64,000 nt of DNA from Lama guanicoe (lineage: Eukaryota). The stretch spans positions 6,063,078 to 6,127,077 of the forward strand of contig MU054001.1 in assembly GCA_013239625.1 (NCBI GenBank), read 5' to 3'. Below are positions 1 through 14,247 of this stretch, in pieces (the stretch's first letter is position 1; each line of letters opens with the position of its first letter). Below the pieces are notes generated by a model. That model was given only the letters and a program-made list of their open reading frames with translations. It was not told where the DNA came from and did no database searches. Both the position numbers and the translations under genes were made by a program.

Positions 1-1291
1 AGAATCCAATGTCTCCATTATAACTCCACATGGTCCCTCCAGCCTGCTGTCTGTGACTGTCATGCCTTGGAGTGTTAAAAGGAGGAGAGTGTGGGCAAAT
101 TAGAGGATACACAAGGACATGTCTAAGAGTTATCATTCTGATAAAAGAAAATCCAAGATACCATAAAAATTCTATTTCTGAAGATTTATACCCCACTTAA
201 TGCCATGAGGACTTGAGGTGACTAAAAAAATTTACTCGGAAAGCAAATAGAATTATTGGATTGTGAAATTGAGAGCCATAAAATTTAAAGCAATTTTATA
301 TGAAACTCCACTATTTTTTGTATTTTAAAGTAAAAGAGTCAGACGATATTAAGTAAGTTTGCATCTCATAAGGCTCGAGGACACAGGGAGGAAGAGTGAG
401 AGGTTTCCTTTGCTGAACAACGGAAAGGCTTCCCTCACTATCACCGGGAGGTGACTCGGGTTAAACGCCTGCTCTGGGCAGGAGCCTTTGATTGACCCGG
501 AGTCTTGTCATAAAAGATTTGTCTCCTGGATCTGCACGATCCTCTCTTTTCTCTTTCCCTGCAGAAAATCTGTTATGACTTCTGTGTCTCCTCTATCCTC
601 TTGGTGAATATGGCACCTGAACTTTACACTTAATCACACCCCGAACAGTATTATTTTCTCATGTTTTCCCCTTTGAGTTAAATTTCTCTTTCCAGTTGAA
701 GAGTAAACTCTTTTAGTGCAAGAACAACTCTCTGGTGCTTCTCTTGTTTCCCCCGGTCTCCAGAGGCAGCTTAGTGCAGGGATTAAGATTTGAGTTTGAA
801 TGCTGAGTCTGTGTGATACTGAGTTGCTTACTTTTTCCTTCTGTAAAATAGGGATTCAGAGTGCATGAGGTACTTAACTCAGTGCCTGGCATATATATAT
901 TCATCACCTAGAAAGCTTTATTTATGATCATTATCCTCTATTGATTGAGAGGACCAGCCTCAGGGCCTGACCCCCTTCTGAGCCCTCTAACCGGTGCCTC
1001 CTAGATACCATTCCTCCCTTTTCAACATCAGGAGCTGAACCCTGTTTCACCATAACGAGGAACACCCACCACCGCAACCACTACAGCTCCTCTCCATCTG
1101 ATTTGAGTGTCTATTATCACCTCATTGAAATGACACTTAGACGAGGCTTTAAAATGTGGAGCTGGGGGGGAGGGGAGGGCTGGGTCTAGGCTGGGGTAGC
1201 GTGCTGCCCCATTAACATTCATTCCACAATAGAGACCATTATCTTGCCAGCAAAATACCCCAGCGGTAGTGATGGGAGGAAATGGGGGTGG

Positions 1292-1339
1292 GTTACCAAA
1301 GCAACAGAGAGGCTTGAGCTGCACTGTTTCTATGGCAAC
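1292..1339. promoter_or_regulatory. Tandem RFX X-box-like motifs in a candidate cis-regulatory element
   Basis: GTTACCAAAGCAAC (1292-1305) and GTTTCTATGGCAAC (1326-1339) fit the palindromic RFX X-box consensus; they lie in sequence not recognised as a repeat. Confidence 0.45.
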
Positions 1340-3345
1340 AGAGAGCGAGCGAGCAGAGAACTTTCCTGGTTGGACTGATGCTTAGTTAGACTCTCACCAA
1401 CAGTATGGGTGCATCACTGGCTAGACTGAATCGCAAAGGGTGGAGTAGTACGCGGTCTCTCTGAGAAATTTGGCCAGAATTAAGTAGAGATTTTAACTCC
1501 TCAAGCTGGAGCCCAGACTCCTCTCTTAGGAATCGGTATTCTCTCTGGCTATGGACCAATTAATTATCTCCCCAATATCATTGATTCTTATTTATGACCT
1601 GCAATCTCCATGAATGGTCGGCTTGAACAAAATCCATTTACGGAACTCCAACTCATAAGGTACATAAATTAAGCAGTAGACAAGTAAGTGCCCAAGCCAG
1701 TTTTCCCTTTTTCTTCAATTTATCAAAGAAATACACTCACATCATTAAAAAGTCAATTAGTCCTTAAAAGCTTTTAAGAGAAAACAGCAGTCCCCACACG
1801 TAAAACACCCCCTCCCTCAACCCCGTTCCTAGAGGCAACCAATTTTAACAATTTTAACTGTATATCCTTTATTTACCTCCGTATTTCCAAATATTTCCAT
1901 ATTGAGTACAATTCAATAGGAATTGAATACAATTCCCATTAAATAAGGCTCTCTCACACCCTACCTCTCTTCAACTCTACCTTCCAATACAAGTTTATCA
2001 CAACTTTTGAATAAATCCCTAGGAAGCATTTTTGACATTAAAATCACAAAGATACTGGCTCACTGCCAAGTCAGTGCGGGAACCCCAGTGACATGATCTC
2101 ACCTGGCCACAGGGCTGGGGGTTCTCCCTGTTCAAGATACAGTCCTGCCCTCGGTCCACTGGGTCTGGCCTGGCACACCTTCCCTCCTCTGTGCCTGGTG
2201 TCCCTGTAGCGGGAGGCTGTCTATTCAGTTTCTGGGGCGTATTACCGCCTGCTTCTTGGCAGTAGGAGTGGGGGTCTGGAGGCTCTCCCTACCCCTTCCA
2301 CAGACCTGCACTCAACTCCCTTGTCCTCAGCTGCTGCCTTTGCTCCCCTTCAGTGGTAGCTGGTGCCTCGGAGTCCTGAGCCTTCCTTCAGGCACCAGCT
2401 TTGACCTTCCTCCTACACGTTCTGCTTATGCAATGGGGGTTCTGAGTTCCAGAGGTCACATGCTGTCGTTCGTGACAAAGTTGCGTTTCTAGTTCACATT
2501 TTCTCATTGTCTTGGGGTGATCATAATAGAAGAGGGCAGAAGCATCATTTTGCCATCACAAATCTTGACATTTTCTGAAAATGCTTGCCTGCTTGGGAGG
2601 TGGCACTCACTGGAGTGATTAGGGGATGAGGCTCAATTATATGGAATGCCTTCTGAAATATCTTCCTACAGTACCAGTATTTGAAATGACTAAGCCCAGT
2701 CAGAGAATGATTTTGTTTGAAAAAAAATTGAAAAATATTGAAAAAAATGTTTTCTAATACATTGTTAGATGATTTTACCATTTGACTGACTGAGGCTCTA
2801 TCCTAAGAACATAATTTAAGACAAGCACGAAATGAAATTGATCACTGTTATGTTAGCTGTAATTGTGAAAAATGGAAACTATCTAAATGTCCAATGAGAA
2901 AAAAAAAAAAAACTATGATATGTGAATGTAGTGGGAGAGGGTGGAAAATATGCCAGTGCCCTAAGAAGCTGACTTGATGCTCTGGTTACAAGTATGTAAA
3001 ATATCCATTCTAATCTTGTTGTGTTACAAACTTTCCATCTGTAAAATGGGGTAGTAAAGTAGCTACTTCATAAAGTTGTCATGAAGATGGGAGGAAGAAT
3101 GCCCTTCAAGTTTTAGCTGGTGCCTGAGACATAGCAAGCAAGCAATGAATGCTGATACATGTATGTGCATGAAGGTTGTGCAATTTTGTGGTTCTGGTCC
3201 CATTTTTCTTTTCCTCCTATGACTTGTTCAACAAATCAAAAATAAAAATGCATAAAAATTACCTCCATAACAATAAAGAAACATTGATATTATAACAGAA
3301 TTTTTGTGAGCATTGAGGTCCTCTGGCTAAATTGTTGGTTTAGAG

Positions 3346-3670
3346 CAGTGGTTCTCAAAGTGTGGTCCCAGCGCCAACATGATCAGCATCAATTACAAGT
3401 TTGTTTCTGACCCACCTTCTGGATCAGCAGCTCTGGGGTGGGGTCCAGCAATCTGTGCTGTAACAAGCCCTATGGGGGAATCTGCTGTGCGCTAAACAGG
3501 TCTCAACACTAAGCTGCACATTAGAATCATCTTAGGAGCTGAAAAGATAATGATGCCTGGCCCCTCCCAGATCAATTAAATCAGATGCTCCACAGATGGT
3601 GTGCAGGCATTGGTAATTTTTTAAAGCTACCAGGTGATTCTAATGTGCAGTCATGACTGAGAAACACTGA
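3346..3670. mobile_element. Two adjacent MER5-type hAT-Charlie MITEs (MER5A-like then MER5A1-like)
   Basis: Starts CAGTGGTTCTCAAAGTGTGGTCC and ends GGTGATTCTAATGTGCAG...TGAGAAACACTG; internal CTGCACATTAGAATCA pairs with TGATTCTAATGTGCAG. Confidence 0.75.
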
Positions 3671-5121
3671 GTGGGAGAAATTTCTGCAGGAAAAAACCAA
3701 GTGAGATGAGAAGGATCTGTAGCCTCAGAGGCAACATTTTTAACCTTATTCTACAATCCTTGGTTTCCTCAGACTCTACTGTGTCTGTTCTTAATTGATT
3801 CTAAGTCCAGGGGAGAAGAGGGGTGATTACTAAGTTTCTTCCAAGACATCCAGAGAGACAGATCTTGGAGATCAGGTAGAAACAGAAAGGAGGGAGGTTT
3901 GATGGGCTGGTATAAGCAAGCCAGTAGGAAACGATTCTCCCTACCTTTGAGAACACTACCTCTTTATATCGAGAGGTTCGAGGACATTGGTCTCAAGGAA
4001 AACCTGGTATTTTCCTAGGAACCAGATCAGAGAGAGTCCTAGATTCCCTCACTTTTCAAACTACACCTCCTTTTCCCTTTGAGATTCGGGCTGTGTCTCC
4101 TCAAGAGTCCAGGAAACATTCTACAGGAGTAAGTTGCAGTTCCTGGAAAATTTTCTGAGTTTCATCTTGGGTATTTCACTGGCAAATATCTGTCAAGAAA
4201 TGATGAAGAAATAAACAACCCTGGTTTAATTTTATTTCCCCTCATTCCAATTTTCTCATTTTTTTCTTTTATCCTGTTGAATTTCATATTTTTATAACCC
4301 TCCTCAAGTTGTCCTTTAGAATCTGGTGGGGTGAAAGAAATAAGAGGCCATAAAAGCCAATCAGTCATATTCTACATTTGTTTTTTTTTTATTGAAGTCT
4401 CATTTATTCAACCAGTAAGCATTTATTCAGTTCATTTTAAGAAATTTCTGTTGAGAACCTCTAGGTGCCCTGTGGAAGCTACAAAAGAAACACAGGCTAT
4501 AATGTCCTTAAGCAATTTATTACCATCATTATTGGAGGAAAAGAGAAACACTTGAAACAAATAAGGAACAGTATGTGATAAATTACTGAGTTAAATATAA
4601 TCAAATCTGAGAGAGCTAAAGTGTGGTGAGTGCTTACTACAAACCAGGCAGTGGGCAAGATGTCTTCCATACACTATCCAACATGTCCCTGGTGCAGCCC
4701 TGTGAGGTGGTCGTTAGGACAGTCCAGCTCCTGGGTTAAGACTGAGCTCTGGAGCCTGCCTGCTTCTCTGTGCCTCACAGGGAGGATGGGGATGATAATA
4801 ATCTTACTTCAATGGGTTGTCGTGAGAATCAGATTCACCTAACGCACATAGCACACTGTTCAATCCATGTGTCTCTTAATTACTTAACCCACTTCAGTGC
4901 CCAGCATAAAGAAGCTATTTATCATTGCTGGGTGGCATTTTAATTCCATTTTGAAGGTGTGAAAACTGAGGTTGAGAGATGTTAATGATATCACGTCATC
5001 ATGACATAGCTTGACACCAACGCCTGTGTGCTTTCTTTTCTTTTACTTCTAAAATTCAGAGCTGAAATACTTAGCACAGAGCCCAAGCAACTTACAATCC
5101 TGTTTGCATTATAAAAATACC

Positions 5122-5761
5122 CAGCAGCATATATCCAGAGGGAACTCTAATTTGAAAAGACACCTGCACCCCAATGTTCATAGCAGCACTATTTACAATA
5201 GCCAAGACATGGAAACAACTTAAATGTCCATTGACAGAAGATTGGATAAAGATGTTGTGATAATTTATACAATGGAATACTACTCGGGCATAAAAAAAGA
5301 ATAAAATAATGCCATTTGCAGCAACATGGATGGACCTGGAGACTGTCATTCTAAGTGAAGTAAGCCAGAAACAGAAAGAAAAATATCATATGATATGGCC
5401 CATATGTGGACTCTAAAAAAAAAAGCACAAATGAACTTATTTACAAAATAGAAACAGACTCACAGACATAGAAAACAAACTTATGGTTACCAGGGGAAAG
5501 AGGTGGGAAGGGATAAATTGGGAGTTTAAGATTTGCAGATACTAATTACTATATGTAAAATAAATAAACAACAAGTTTATACTGTATAGCATAGGGAACT
5601 ATATTCAATATCTTGTAGTAATTTATGGTGAAAAAGAATATAAAGATGAATATATGAATATGTATGACTGAAACATTCTGCTGTGCACCAGAAATTGACA
5701 CAACATTGTAAACTGACTATACTTCAATGAAAATAAAAAAATTTTAAATATATAAAATAAA
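5122..5761 (+). mobile_element. 5'-truncated LINE-1 (ORF2 C-terminus, 3'UTR, A-tail)
   Basis: CCCAATGTTCATAGCAGCACTATTTACAATAGCCAAG L1 signature; A-rich tail; TSD ATAAAAATACC at 5111-5121 and 5762-5772. Confidence 0.93.
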
Positions 5762-6709
5762 ATAAAAATACCTAACAAACCCAAGGTCAAACTCCACATG
5801 GTAAGTTTTACTTATTTCTTGATTTTTAATGAAGGGATATGCCGTAATAAACATTCGGTTCCTTCTCTGCTAACAGACCTCCCCAGGCTCACCACGGCAT
5901 GAATCTAAGCCTCGGTGGGTCTGTTCACGGTTTCCAAGGTTATTCCATGTTACCCCTCCCCCACCCAAAGCAAACCCCCTTCCTGCCTCTGTTCCTTCTC
6001 TCACGGAACCCCACCTCTCTCCTCCTCCACTCGTCCCTCTTCTTCCCTGTCCTAACCGCCCCCTCATATTCCAGGGCCCAGCCCAGTTCCCTTCCTCTGT
6101 GACTCCAGGCCCCCCACTCCCTCCTTTCTCTCTCCTCAGAACCCACACAGTTCCAGTCAGTGCTTGCAGCTACAGTGAAACTTTGCTCCCCACCCGTATT
6201 AGCTCACTGGATCTTCAAACCCAACTGATTTTGTGATCCTCACTTTACAGATGAAGACACCTGGGCTCAGGCAGGTCAAAAAACATGCTAGAGGCCCCAC
6301 ATCTGGGAACTGGAAGAGCTGACTTGAACCTGCTTCTCTCGCCTTGTGCTTCAATACTTGTGTTTCATGTTGGTTTGTCCCTGCCCTCCTGCTAGACTTA
6401 GCACCTCCAATTCCATGAGCACAGGGGTGGGCACAGGCAGAACCCTGCTCTGGTACAGCATTCCCTCCCGTCACAAACCCAGCCTGCACGACTGAAGAAA
6501 TCCCATGGGGCACAGACTGACACTGGGGATGCCACAAAGGCCTTCGTGATGAAAAGCAGAGGCCACAGTGTCCCCCAGCCCCTAGCCAGACTTTCTGAAT
6601 AAATTGTCCCCTTTCCTCTCTACTTCCATCCAGAATTTGAGGTCCCAGGGAGGCTTATCTGGTCTCGTTCTTGAACAGCATGAGCTTCATCTGAACTGCA
6701 TTAGTTACT

Positions 6710-7880
6710 TATTCATTGAAAAATATCTAGTGAGCACCTACTATGTGCGTGGTCACTGTACTAGGTGTGCAACATAACGATGAGCAAAGAGATACAGCCC
6801 TGGCCCTCCTGGACTAGACAAGCCTGCAGACAGTTATAATAAGTGCTCTGATCAGGAGCATGGGGTACTCTGAGGACACGCACAGGAGGGACTTGACCTG
6901 TCTGGGAGGTGAGGGAAAGCCTTCCTTGAGGGAGTAGTAACTGAGCAGCAAATCTGAACCAGAGTAAATATCTAAAATATAGGGAAGGGGTGCAGAATGT
7001 AGAGCCAACAGCATGTGAGAAAGCCTTACCAGGGACAGTCACACGGACAGGCACAGGCAGAGGGTGTGGCTGGAGAGGGCCAGACAAGAATGGCCTGGTG
7101 GACATATTAAGGATTTGGGTTCTTTTCTTAAAATCAATTGGAAAACCCTGAGGATTTTTTAGGCAGAGGGTAACATAAGATGATCTATGTTTGGGAAAGC
7201 TTACAACACGGGAAACAGACTGGGGCCATGCACAAAACAGACCAGTAATCTCAGCCAGAAAGATGATGTGGGCCAGGGTGCTGGTGGTGGGGTGCAAATG
7301 GGTAGCCCAGTGTGAGATATTCGAGTGACAGAATTGCTGTGGTTAACGGCAGAGTGAGCAGGAGAGGGTGGGAGAGGACATGGCAAAGAAGACCCCTGGG
7401 TTTTTTATTTGAAGGTTGGTAGTGGGGCTACCAGGCATGGAGATGGAAATCCCAGAAGACAGGTTTCTGAGGGGAAATATTGAGTCCAGATTTCAACAGG
7501 CTGACTTTGAAGAGCCTTTGACACATTCACGTGGATATGTCCGGAAAGCAGTTGGGTGTATGGGTGTTAGGTTCAGAGGATAGAGTCACGCACACAGAAG
7601 ATAATTGATGACATGGGTACAGATGAAATTCATAAGAAGAGATTAAAGAATAAGAACAGAAAAGAATTTGGACTAAGCCTGGGCTTCTTCAAATACATAA
7701 TGGCCAAGAGAAATCTCTCAACAGACAGACACAGTGGTCAGAGTCGTGAAAAAATCAGGACAAGGAGCATTGGAAGGATGGTTTCACAGGGAGGTCGCCG
7801 GGGCCTTCACCTGAGCCTTGCGGTGGAGCGATGCCAAGAGCAATAGAAGTGGAATCTGCTGTCATCCGTGATTTCCATGG
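6710..7880 (-). mobile_element. LINE-2 3' portion, degraded
   Basis: TTCATTGAAAAATATCTAGTGAGCACCTACTATGTG is the reverse complement of the L2 3' end, followed by purine-rich L2 body; far boundary approximate. Confidence 0.7.
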
Positions 7881-9744
7881 AGACGAATGCCAGAAACCCC
7901 ATGTTGCACTCCACACCAAACACTGATAACCTTGGTCTTGGTATCTGAGTCCAAGCCAAGCTGTTTGAAAGAGATGGGGTTTCATCCAGGCTATTTCTAG
8001 CATTCTAATCCAGCAGAAGAGAAAAAGACAGAAGAATTTGAATTTGTTGATCATCTTTGATTTAAGGGTCAAGACAAGAAAGGGAGGAATTATCTGCAGC
8101 TGACATCAAATCTCTGTCTCAACCAAAGCTAGTGAAACCCCAGGTGGACACCACGTGGACACCTAATGGAGAGTCCATCTGTTACAAGATGGGCCGCGGC
8201 AGAGCTCTGAGCGCATCACGGCGGCCTGTGACAGGACCACTTTGTCCCTTCAAGCCTGTTACAAAGACTGGGGAAAAGCTTCATTTTGCTCCTAACATTA
8301 AAGAACCATTTAAAGGATTCTGAATACAATCTCACAGCCAGGCAATTCTGAGGTAACAGAAGTCATGAACTCATCCATTACTCTTAGAGGGACAGGGGAA
8401 AAAAGAAGAAGAAGAAGAAGAAAGGTCTGTTTAAAGAACAGAAAAGCCCAGGAATGAAAGAAGAGGGATGTAAGTGTGTGGCCGCGTGGCGTTAAATAGC
8501 ACACAGCGGGCCTGGCTTCCCGGGAAGGAGCAGCAGCTGTGGGAGCGTCTGTGAGCAAACGTGGTGTCATGCGGGTGTGAAGCTCGAGCCCCTCCTTCCA
8601 AAACTGTGTGTGCAGACAATTACTGCTGTCCCGGGGTGGGCATGTCTCTGTCTGCCAAGCTCCCTTTCTAAGCTGTCCTGAGGTCCCACAGTTCACACCC
8701 AGCTCACACAAAAATTTAGATGGCAACAATTTAGATTGGTGAAATCATTGCCAATCGTGGAGGAAGGATGGAGGCCTCACGGTGGTGGGAAGGAGAGGAG
8801 CAGATCCATTACTGCTCCATCATGAAGAATGATGCAACGGCTCCACTTATGAAGGTCTACGGGTGGCCAGAGACTATGCAAAGCACTTTATCTAGGTTAT
8901 CTCTAATCCTCACAAGTACCGTGAAACTTAGGCACAGTTTACCTCCATTTTACAGATCAGGAAACTGAGTCTGAGTCTAGGAAAGATGGAGTGATTGTCT
9001 ATGTCTGGCTCCAAAGTCCGTCCTCCTTGGACCGGACCCCAGATTCATACCTGTTTGTGGATACAGCACGTAACATCAGGAGGAGGCGTTAGAGAGGAAA
9101 CCAGCTGGGAAGGATATTCATTATTGTCGTTAATCCAGCATCTGGTGCCCCCTTTTGGGATACTGCCTCTCCCCCACGGAGTTAAATCATGGAAGGGAAA
9201 TCTAGGCACCTGCCCTCCACCATGGATCTGTACGAGTCTCCAGAACCTTCTTCTACTGGTTCTCTCCTCCACTGCCTGGTGGCTCCTGACCGAAGCTTGG
9301 CCAACCAGGGTCTGTCTCCTGTGATATTCACCCCTGAGCGGGGGAGCAAGAGTAGAATCAATCACAGAGTTCATTCATCCCAGCGGCAGGACCCAGGACA
9401 GACTGCTCCACACTTCCTTCCTGCTCCAAGCCCGAGTCCTCAGCCACTCCTCATCCAGTAAGTTTTCTGGTACTTGCAACCAGTTTCTCTTGCTTAGAGT
9501 CAAAGAACCGTAAATGAAAAAAACTTAGTATGTAAAAGAGTTCTGAAATTTTTAAAACAAGAAAGAGAATCATGGGAAAATATTTCAAAGAACATATTGG
9601 GGGTGGGGGACATACTGGCCCTTGGTGAGAGGGTGGACCCAGTAACTGCTGTGACCAGTAGCATCTGGCAGAAGTGGCACTGGGCCAGTTCTGGGCATTG
9701 CCCTTAACTGTCCTGGAATCTTCCATGTTTTGCCTTTTGGAACA

Positions 9745-10080
9745 CATGACACATTTCCTCTTGAGATCCAGCCCCTAGGCTATGAAAAGCCAATTCCCAT
9801 GAAGAGGCCATGAGAAGTAACCTAGCCAACAGCCCCAGGAGCTCTCACCTGCCAGCCAGCGCCACGCCCAGCCACAAGAGCGCACCACCCTGGATGTCTA
9901 GCCCAGGTGAGTCTCCTGATGACCGCAGACCCGGCCTCCGTCTGACTGCAGCCACACGAGAAACTTCAAGTGAGGCTCTCCTGGTCACCTTGCAGAAGTG
10001 TGAGCAATGATAGTAAATGGTTGCTTTCAGCCACTAAGTTCTGGGGTGGCTCTGTACGCAGCAATAGATAACCAGAACAG
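9745..10080 (+). mobile_element. MLT1 (ERVL-MaLR) solo LTR, partial
   Basis: 3' terminus GCCACTAAGTTCTGGGGTGG...GCAGCAATAGATAACCAGAACA typical of MLT1. Confidence 0.75.
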
Positions 10081-10825
10081 AGCGCTTAGAATTAGGGTTG
10101 CTGGATGCAAGGGAAGGTGCTCTTAGGACTTTGACAGATACTCTGAAATCTCCTCCCTGAAGGCTGTACCAATTCACATAGCCACCACGGGCAGGTGACA
10201 ATAAAGACGGAATTCTTCAGCCAAGCACCTTACATTTTTCAGAGCTGTAATAAATGAAGGGCACTCATGTATCACCTACTAGCTCTCATTACTTCAAAAC
10301 TCTTGTCAAGAAAAAAGGGTGGAAGAGAAGATATTTGAAAAGAAAAGCAGGCTGTTCTGAATTCCTTTTAACACTTACAATATATTTTTGGTCCATCATT
10401 CAATTTACTTTGGGTCCTGACACTAAATCACGGTATCATTTGTGACTAGAGTAACTAAGCACTGGCTTCTAATTACATTTCATTTGCTACGACACATGCT
10501 TACTGAGTCACTAGTCTGTGCAAAGCACTGAGGGGCCATGGAGATGGCTGAGCTAGGAATGGAGCCGAGTCTATACTGCCTCTTGGAAAGAAACAGGCCT
10601 GATTTCTCTCTTCCGCAACATGAGAGAAGCTCGACTTTGCCTTGGCACCTTGATCCAAAGTGGGGCCATTCCTACATGTGGGTTTCTTTACTTACCAGCC
10701 TTTGTCTACTGCCTCCCTTCCTGTTAGCTTCCATTCCTGGCTCCTTTATAAATCTGTAAGAAACAGGGATTTTCCCCCTTCCTTTTCTATGTCTCAATAT
10801 CCTTCCAAGGTGGTTTCATTTCCAT

Positions 10826-10849
10826 TGTGTGTGTGTGTGTGTGTGTGTG
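10826..10849. repeat. (TG)n microsatellite
   Basis: About 12 TG units. Confidence 0.95.
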
Positions 10850-11080
10850 ATTTCCAGATGCTGAGATTCCTAGGTCTCTGAAAGGAAACTGGAAATTGAA
10901 GTAGTTGAGACAAGGAAGAGGGTGAAGCTGAGGTTACGGGGTGCAGATGGGAGTGAAGAGAAGAGACATGCCCCCGAATCAGAGAGCGGACAGCTGCTTC
11001 ACCCAGGCCAGGGATGGGAGCAGGTCAGAAGAGAAATGTATCTCACACATCATAGTCCTATAATGTGGCAGGACCTGGAT

Positions 11081-11531
11081 TGTGACTAAGACTCTCTCCT
11101 TGGCCAGACTTTAGACAGGCTCTTGTGAGCCCTCTTTTCCTCGAGGTCCGACCTGGGCCCTCATCCTGTCTTTGGCCTTCCCAGACCAGCCTAAGCAGAG
11201 AGTTCAGCTAAGGCACCTCTCTTCCCTTGCTATCTGATCAAATTCTTCACCCTCCCACCCTTGATGTCTAAGTCCCTGGCCTCCTTTTATCAGGAATTTT
11301 GTTAGATCCGTTGGGCAAGAGTCTCCCTACACTTGCTGTCTCCTCTTAGCCAGTTTCCATCCACTGACCCCCTCACCCTTCTTCTTGGCTGTAAGTCCCC
11401 ACTTGACCTTGCCGTAAGCAGAGTTGGGCCTGACCCCTCTCCCCACTGCAATGCTCCTACTGCAGCAGTCTTGAGTAAAGTTAAAACGGTAACGTTTTAA
11501 CAAGTGTCAGCGTAACTTTCTCTTAATGACA
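11081..11531 (+). mobile_element. ERV1-class solo LTR (MER4/MER39/LTR8-like)
   Basis: TG start, ACTCTCTCCTTGGCCAGACTTTAG...AGGCTC, internal ~60-bp reiteration, AGTAAA poly(A)-like signal, TGACA end; TSD not clear. Confidence 0.6.
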
Positions 11532-11856
11532 CATTAAGAGTGTGGAAGGCCCTGTGCCCCTCGTGTACCTGGCAAAACTTCATGTAACTTTCAATTCCAG
11601 TGTCACCTTGTTTTCCAACTTTCCTGGAGGACCCTGAGCCTCCCCCAGCAGAAGGAAAGGCTCGTGTTAGCACTTGTCACATGGCATTATGGTTGATTTT
11701 TTACAGGTCTGTCTCCTCTGCTGTGACCACCTAGAGGGAAGGCTGTGTCTCTGTGTCTTTGTGTCCCCAGTGCCCAGTGCAGGCCTGGCCCAGAGAGGAG
11801 GCTTGTGTCAAGACGGTTATGAGGGCTGCTTCAGTGCAGTCAAGTCCTTAGGCTCT

Positions 11857-12228
11857 GCTGTACACTGAATGTTTGTGTCCCCTACCCCCGCCCCACCCAA
11901 TTCATATATTAAAACCTTATCCCTAGTGTGATGGTATTTGGAGGTGGGGCCTTTGGGAGGTAATTAGGTCATGAGGGTGGAGCCCCCATGAATAGAATTA
12001 GTGCCCTTATAAGAAGAGACAGGAGAGAGATGACCCCTCTCTGCCAAGTGAGGTCACAGCATGAAGGCAGCCATCTGCAAATCAGGAGGAGAGTGCTCAA
12101 CCAGAAACCAGCTTGCCAGCACCTTGACCTCGGACTTCCCAGGCTTCAGAACTGTGCAGAACACCCTTCTGTTGTTTAAGTCGAATACTTCATGGTGTTT
12201 CCATTATAGAGCCCAGACTGACTGAGAT
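11857..12228 (+). mobile_element. MLT1A-like MaLR solo LTR
   Basis: CTGAATGTTTGTGTCCC...GGTATTTGGAGGTGGGGCCTTTGGGAGGTAATTAGGTCATGAGGGTGGAGCCC...GACTGACTGAGATA. Confidence 0.85.
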
Positions 12229-14247
12229 AGGCTCAAAGCACAGGGAGCCCTCTCTGGGCTGGGGCAGTGGGGCAAGCAGGGAGGGCTTCATGGAGGATGG
12301 GGAGGTCTCGAGGAAGCAGAGAGCAGCGAGGAGGACACTACTGAAGCAGAGGCAGTGTAAACAAATGGGGGACAGTGAGATTGTCATCACGCAGGGAATG
12401 GCTCGTCACACACCACTTGGTATCCAGAAGCAGCAACCCACTCAAGATGGGAGCAATTTAGTACATATAAGTGGCAACTTAATCATAAAGCAGACACTAT
12501 ATAACGATTTCTGGATATCCAAGTTAAAGAAACATGCCTGGTTGTCCAGACGAACAGGAATGAGGACCTGCAGTGCTGGCAGGATGTCACACCAGTGGCC
12601 TCTTTTCTCTGTCGTTCTCTCCGTGCCCGGCTCCTCTTGGACCAGCTTCACTTATTCTCCTGCACATGGTCCAGCCTGCACGCCCCCCAGGCACCTCACA
12701 GCCCCCAAGCCCATAAGGCCTTCCAGGCTAGCTCTACAACTGACCAGCGCCTCTGTGAGACACACCCTAGGTCCATTCCAGACCCAGTCAGCTGCGGTGC
12801 GGGAAAGGTGGCGCCCAGGGCTGCAGGGATCTGCTCCCATGAGGTGGGAGATGCTTCTGAGAAGGAGGCCCAGGAACTCCAGTGGTGTGTCAACTATAGG
12901 GAACACTCACAAAGTCAGCTGGACCAGACAAGAGGATTTATGTGAAAAGAGCTGGGGATGGAATTGGATCACTGAGGTTGACCAGCTGAAGGCCCAGCAG
13001 GATGATGCACAGCATCTTTAGGTAAGAGAGAGTCGGAGCTGCAGAAATACTTCAATACTGGGCTCCAGGCTCTCTGCGGTGTATCCTGCACATCTCCTAG
13101 AAATGCCTTCCCGAGGAAGAGGACCAGGGAGAGCCAGCCCAAGCAATCCGGGTCTCCATTGCAGAACCATTTTCTACACACACACACACACACAAATGCT
13201 GTTGTGAGCAGTTTAATGACCTGCCTCCTCTCATTAGAGGCTGCCCTCCTCACACCCAAAGGGGCAGAGACCTCCGCCGCCTGCGACTGCATGGCAGGTG
13301 CACATGGAGATCGCCAGGCCTCCAGACCGGGCTGTGCTGAGTGGCCCTGATTGCCACACTGAGAAGCAGAACAGACCTGTCTCGTCTCAGAGGGCCAGTG
13401 CTGAGCCATGGAGCATGCGCCCTGCTACCTCTTCTGACAGTAGACCATTAAAACGGCCTCCAGGGAGGGCATGAAGGTGAGGAATGGGCACTGACAAAGG
13501 TCAGTGTTTAGCAGTCACACCTCTCTTGGAGTAGCTTTGTGTAGGTTACACTCCTCTGGTTGCAAAAGCTGAGCTAGCATTGGCAAGAATACAGTGTCCT
13601 AGGGGACCCACTGGGTTTTGAAGCAGCACAGAGCCAGGGACTGGAGCCGTGTAGGAAGATAGGGGGCCTCCTCTCTCTCCACCTAATCACTGCTTCTCTC
13701 AGTATGCCTACTTCATTCTTTTTTCACCCAACAGAGTAGCCAACCCTTCTTTGCTGTCCACAAGGCAAAATGGTGGTCACCAACAGCTCCTGAATTCATT
13801 TGGCCTCCTGTCAACAGAGTGAGCCAACTAAGCCTGCCATCTCTTAGTTCCAGCCTCTGTTTATTGGGAAGCAGCTGACTGGCTTAGCCAGCATTGGCCA
13901 TGGTGGACCAGCCACCAACTGTGGCCTGGGGTTGTGGCCATCCTATATGGACATGGCTTCTCTCACTGTAAGATGTTTGGGGCTGGGAGGGGACAGTTAT
14001 CAGAGAGTGGGCAGTGACACAGTGGGCTGGGAGACATCCCCAAGCTGCTCCTCTATGACCTCACTTTGTAGGTCCTCGTACATGAAATCCCATTTTTTTT
14101 CCATTTTAAGTAATTTTATTAAGATCATCACAGTTATGTACATATATGTCCTTCAGAACACAGAATAGTGGCTGTTACACCTATCCTTGAATGAATATGA
14201 TATTCTTAATACTTGTTTTTTTTTTTTGCAACGAAAAATAGCCTTTT

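Noticed and set aside
565..603. 39-nt candidate exon (strong polypyrimidine/CAG acceptor, GTGAAT donor)
   Set aside because: Donor is weak, no partner exons or recognisable peptide; such sites are common by chance. A similar orphan acceptor lies at 62676.
12290..13021. 243-aa ORF
   Set aside because: No recognisable domain, composition typical of GC-rich non-coding DNA, overlapping ORFs on both strands, no gene context.
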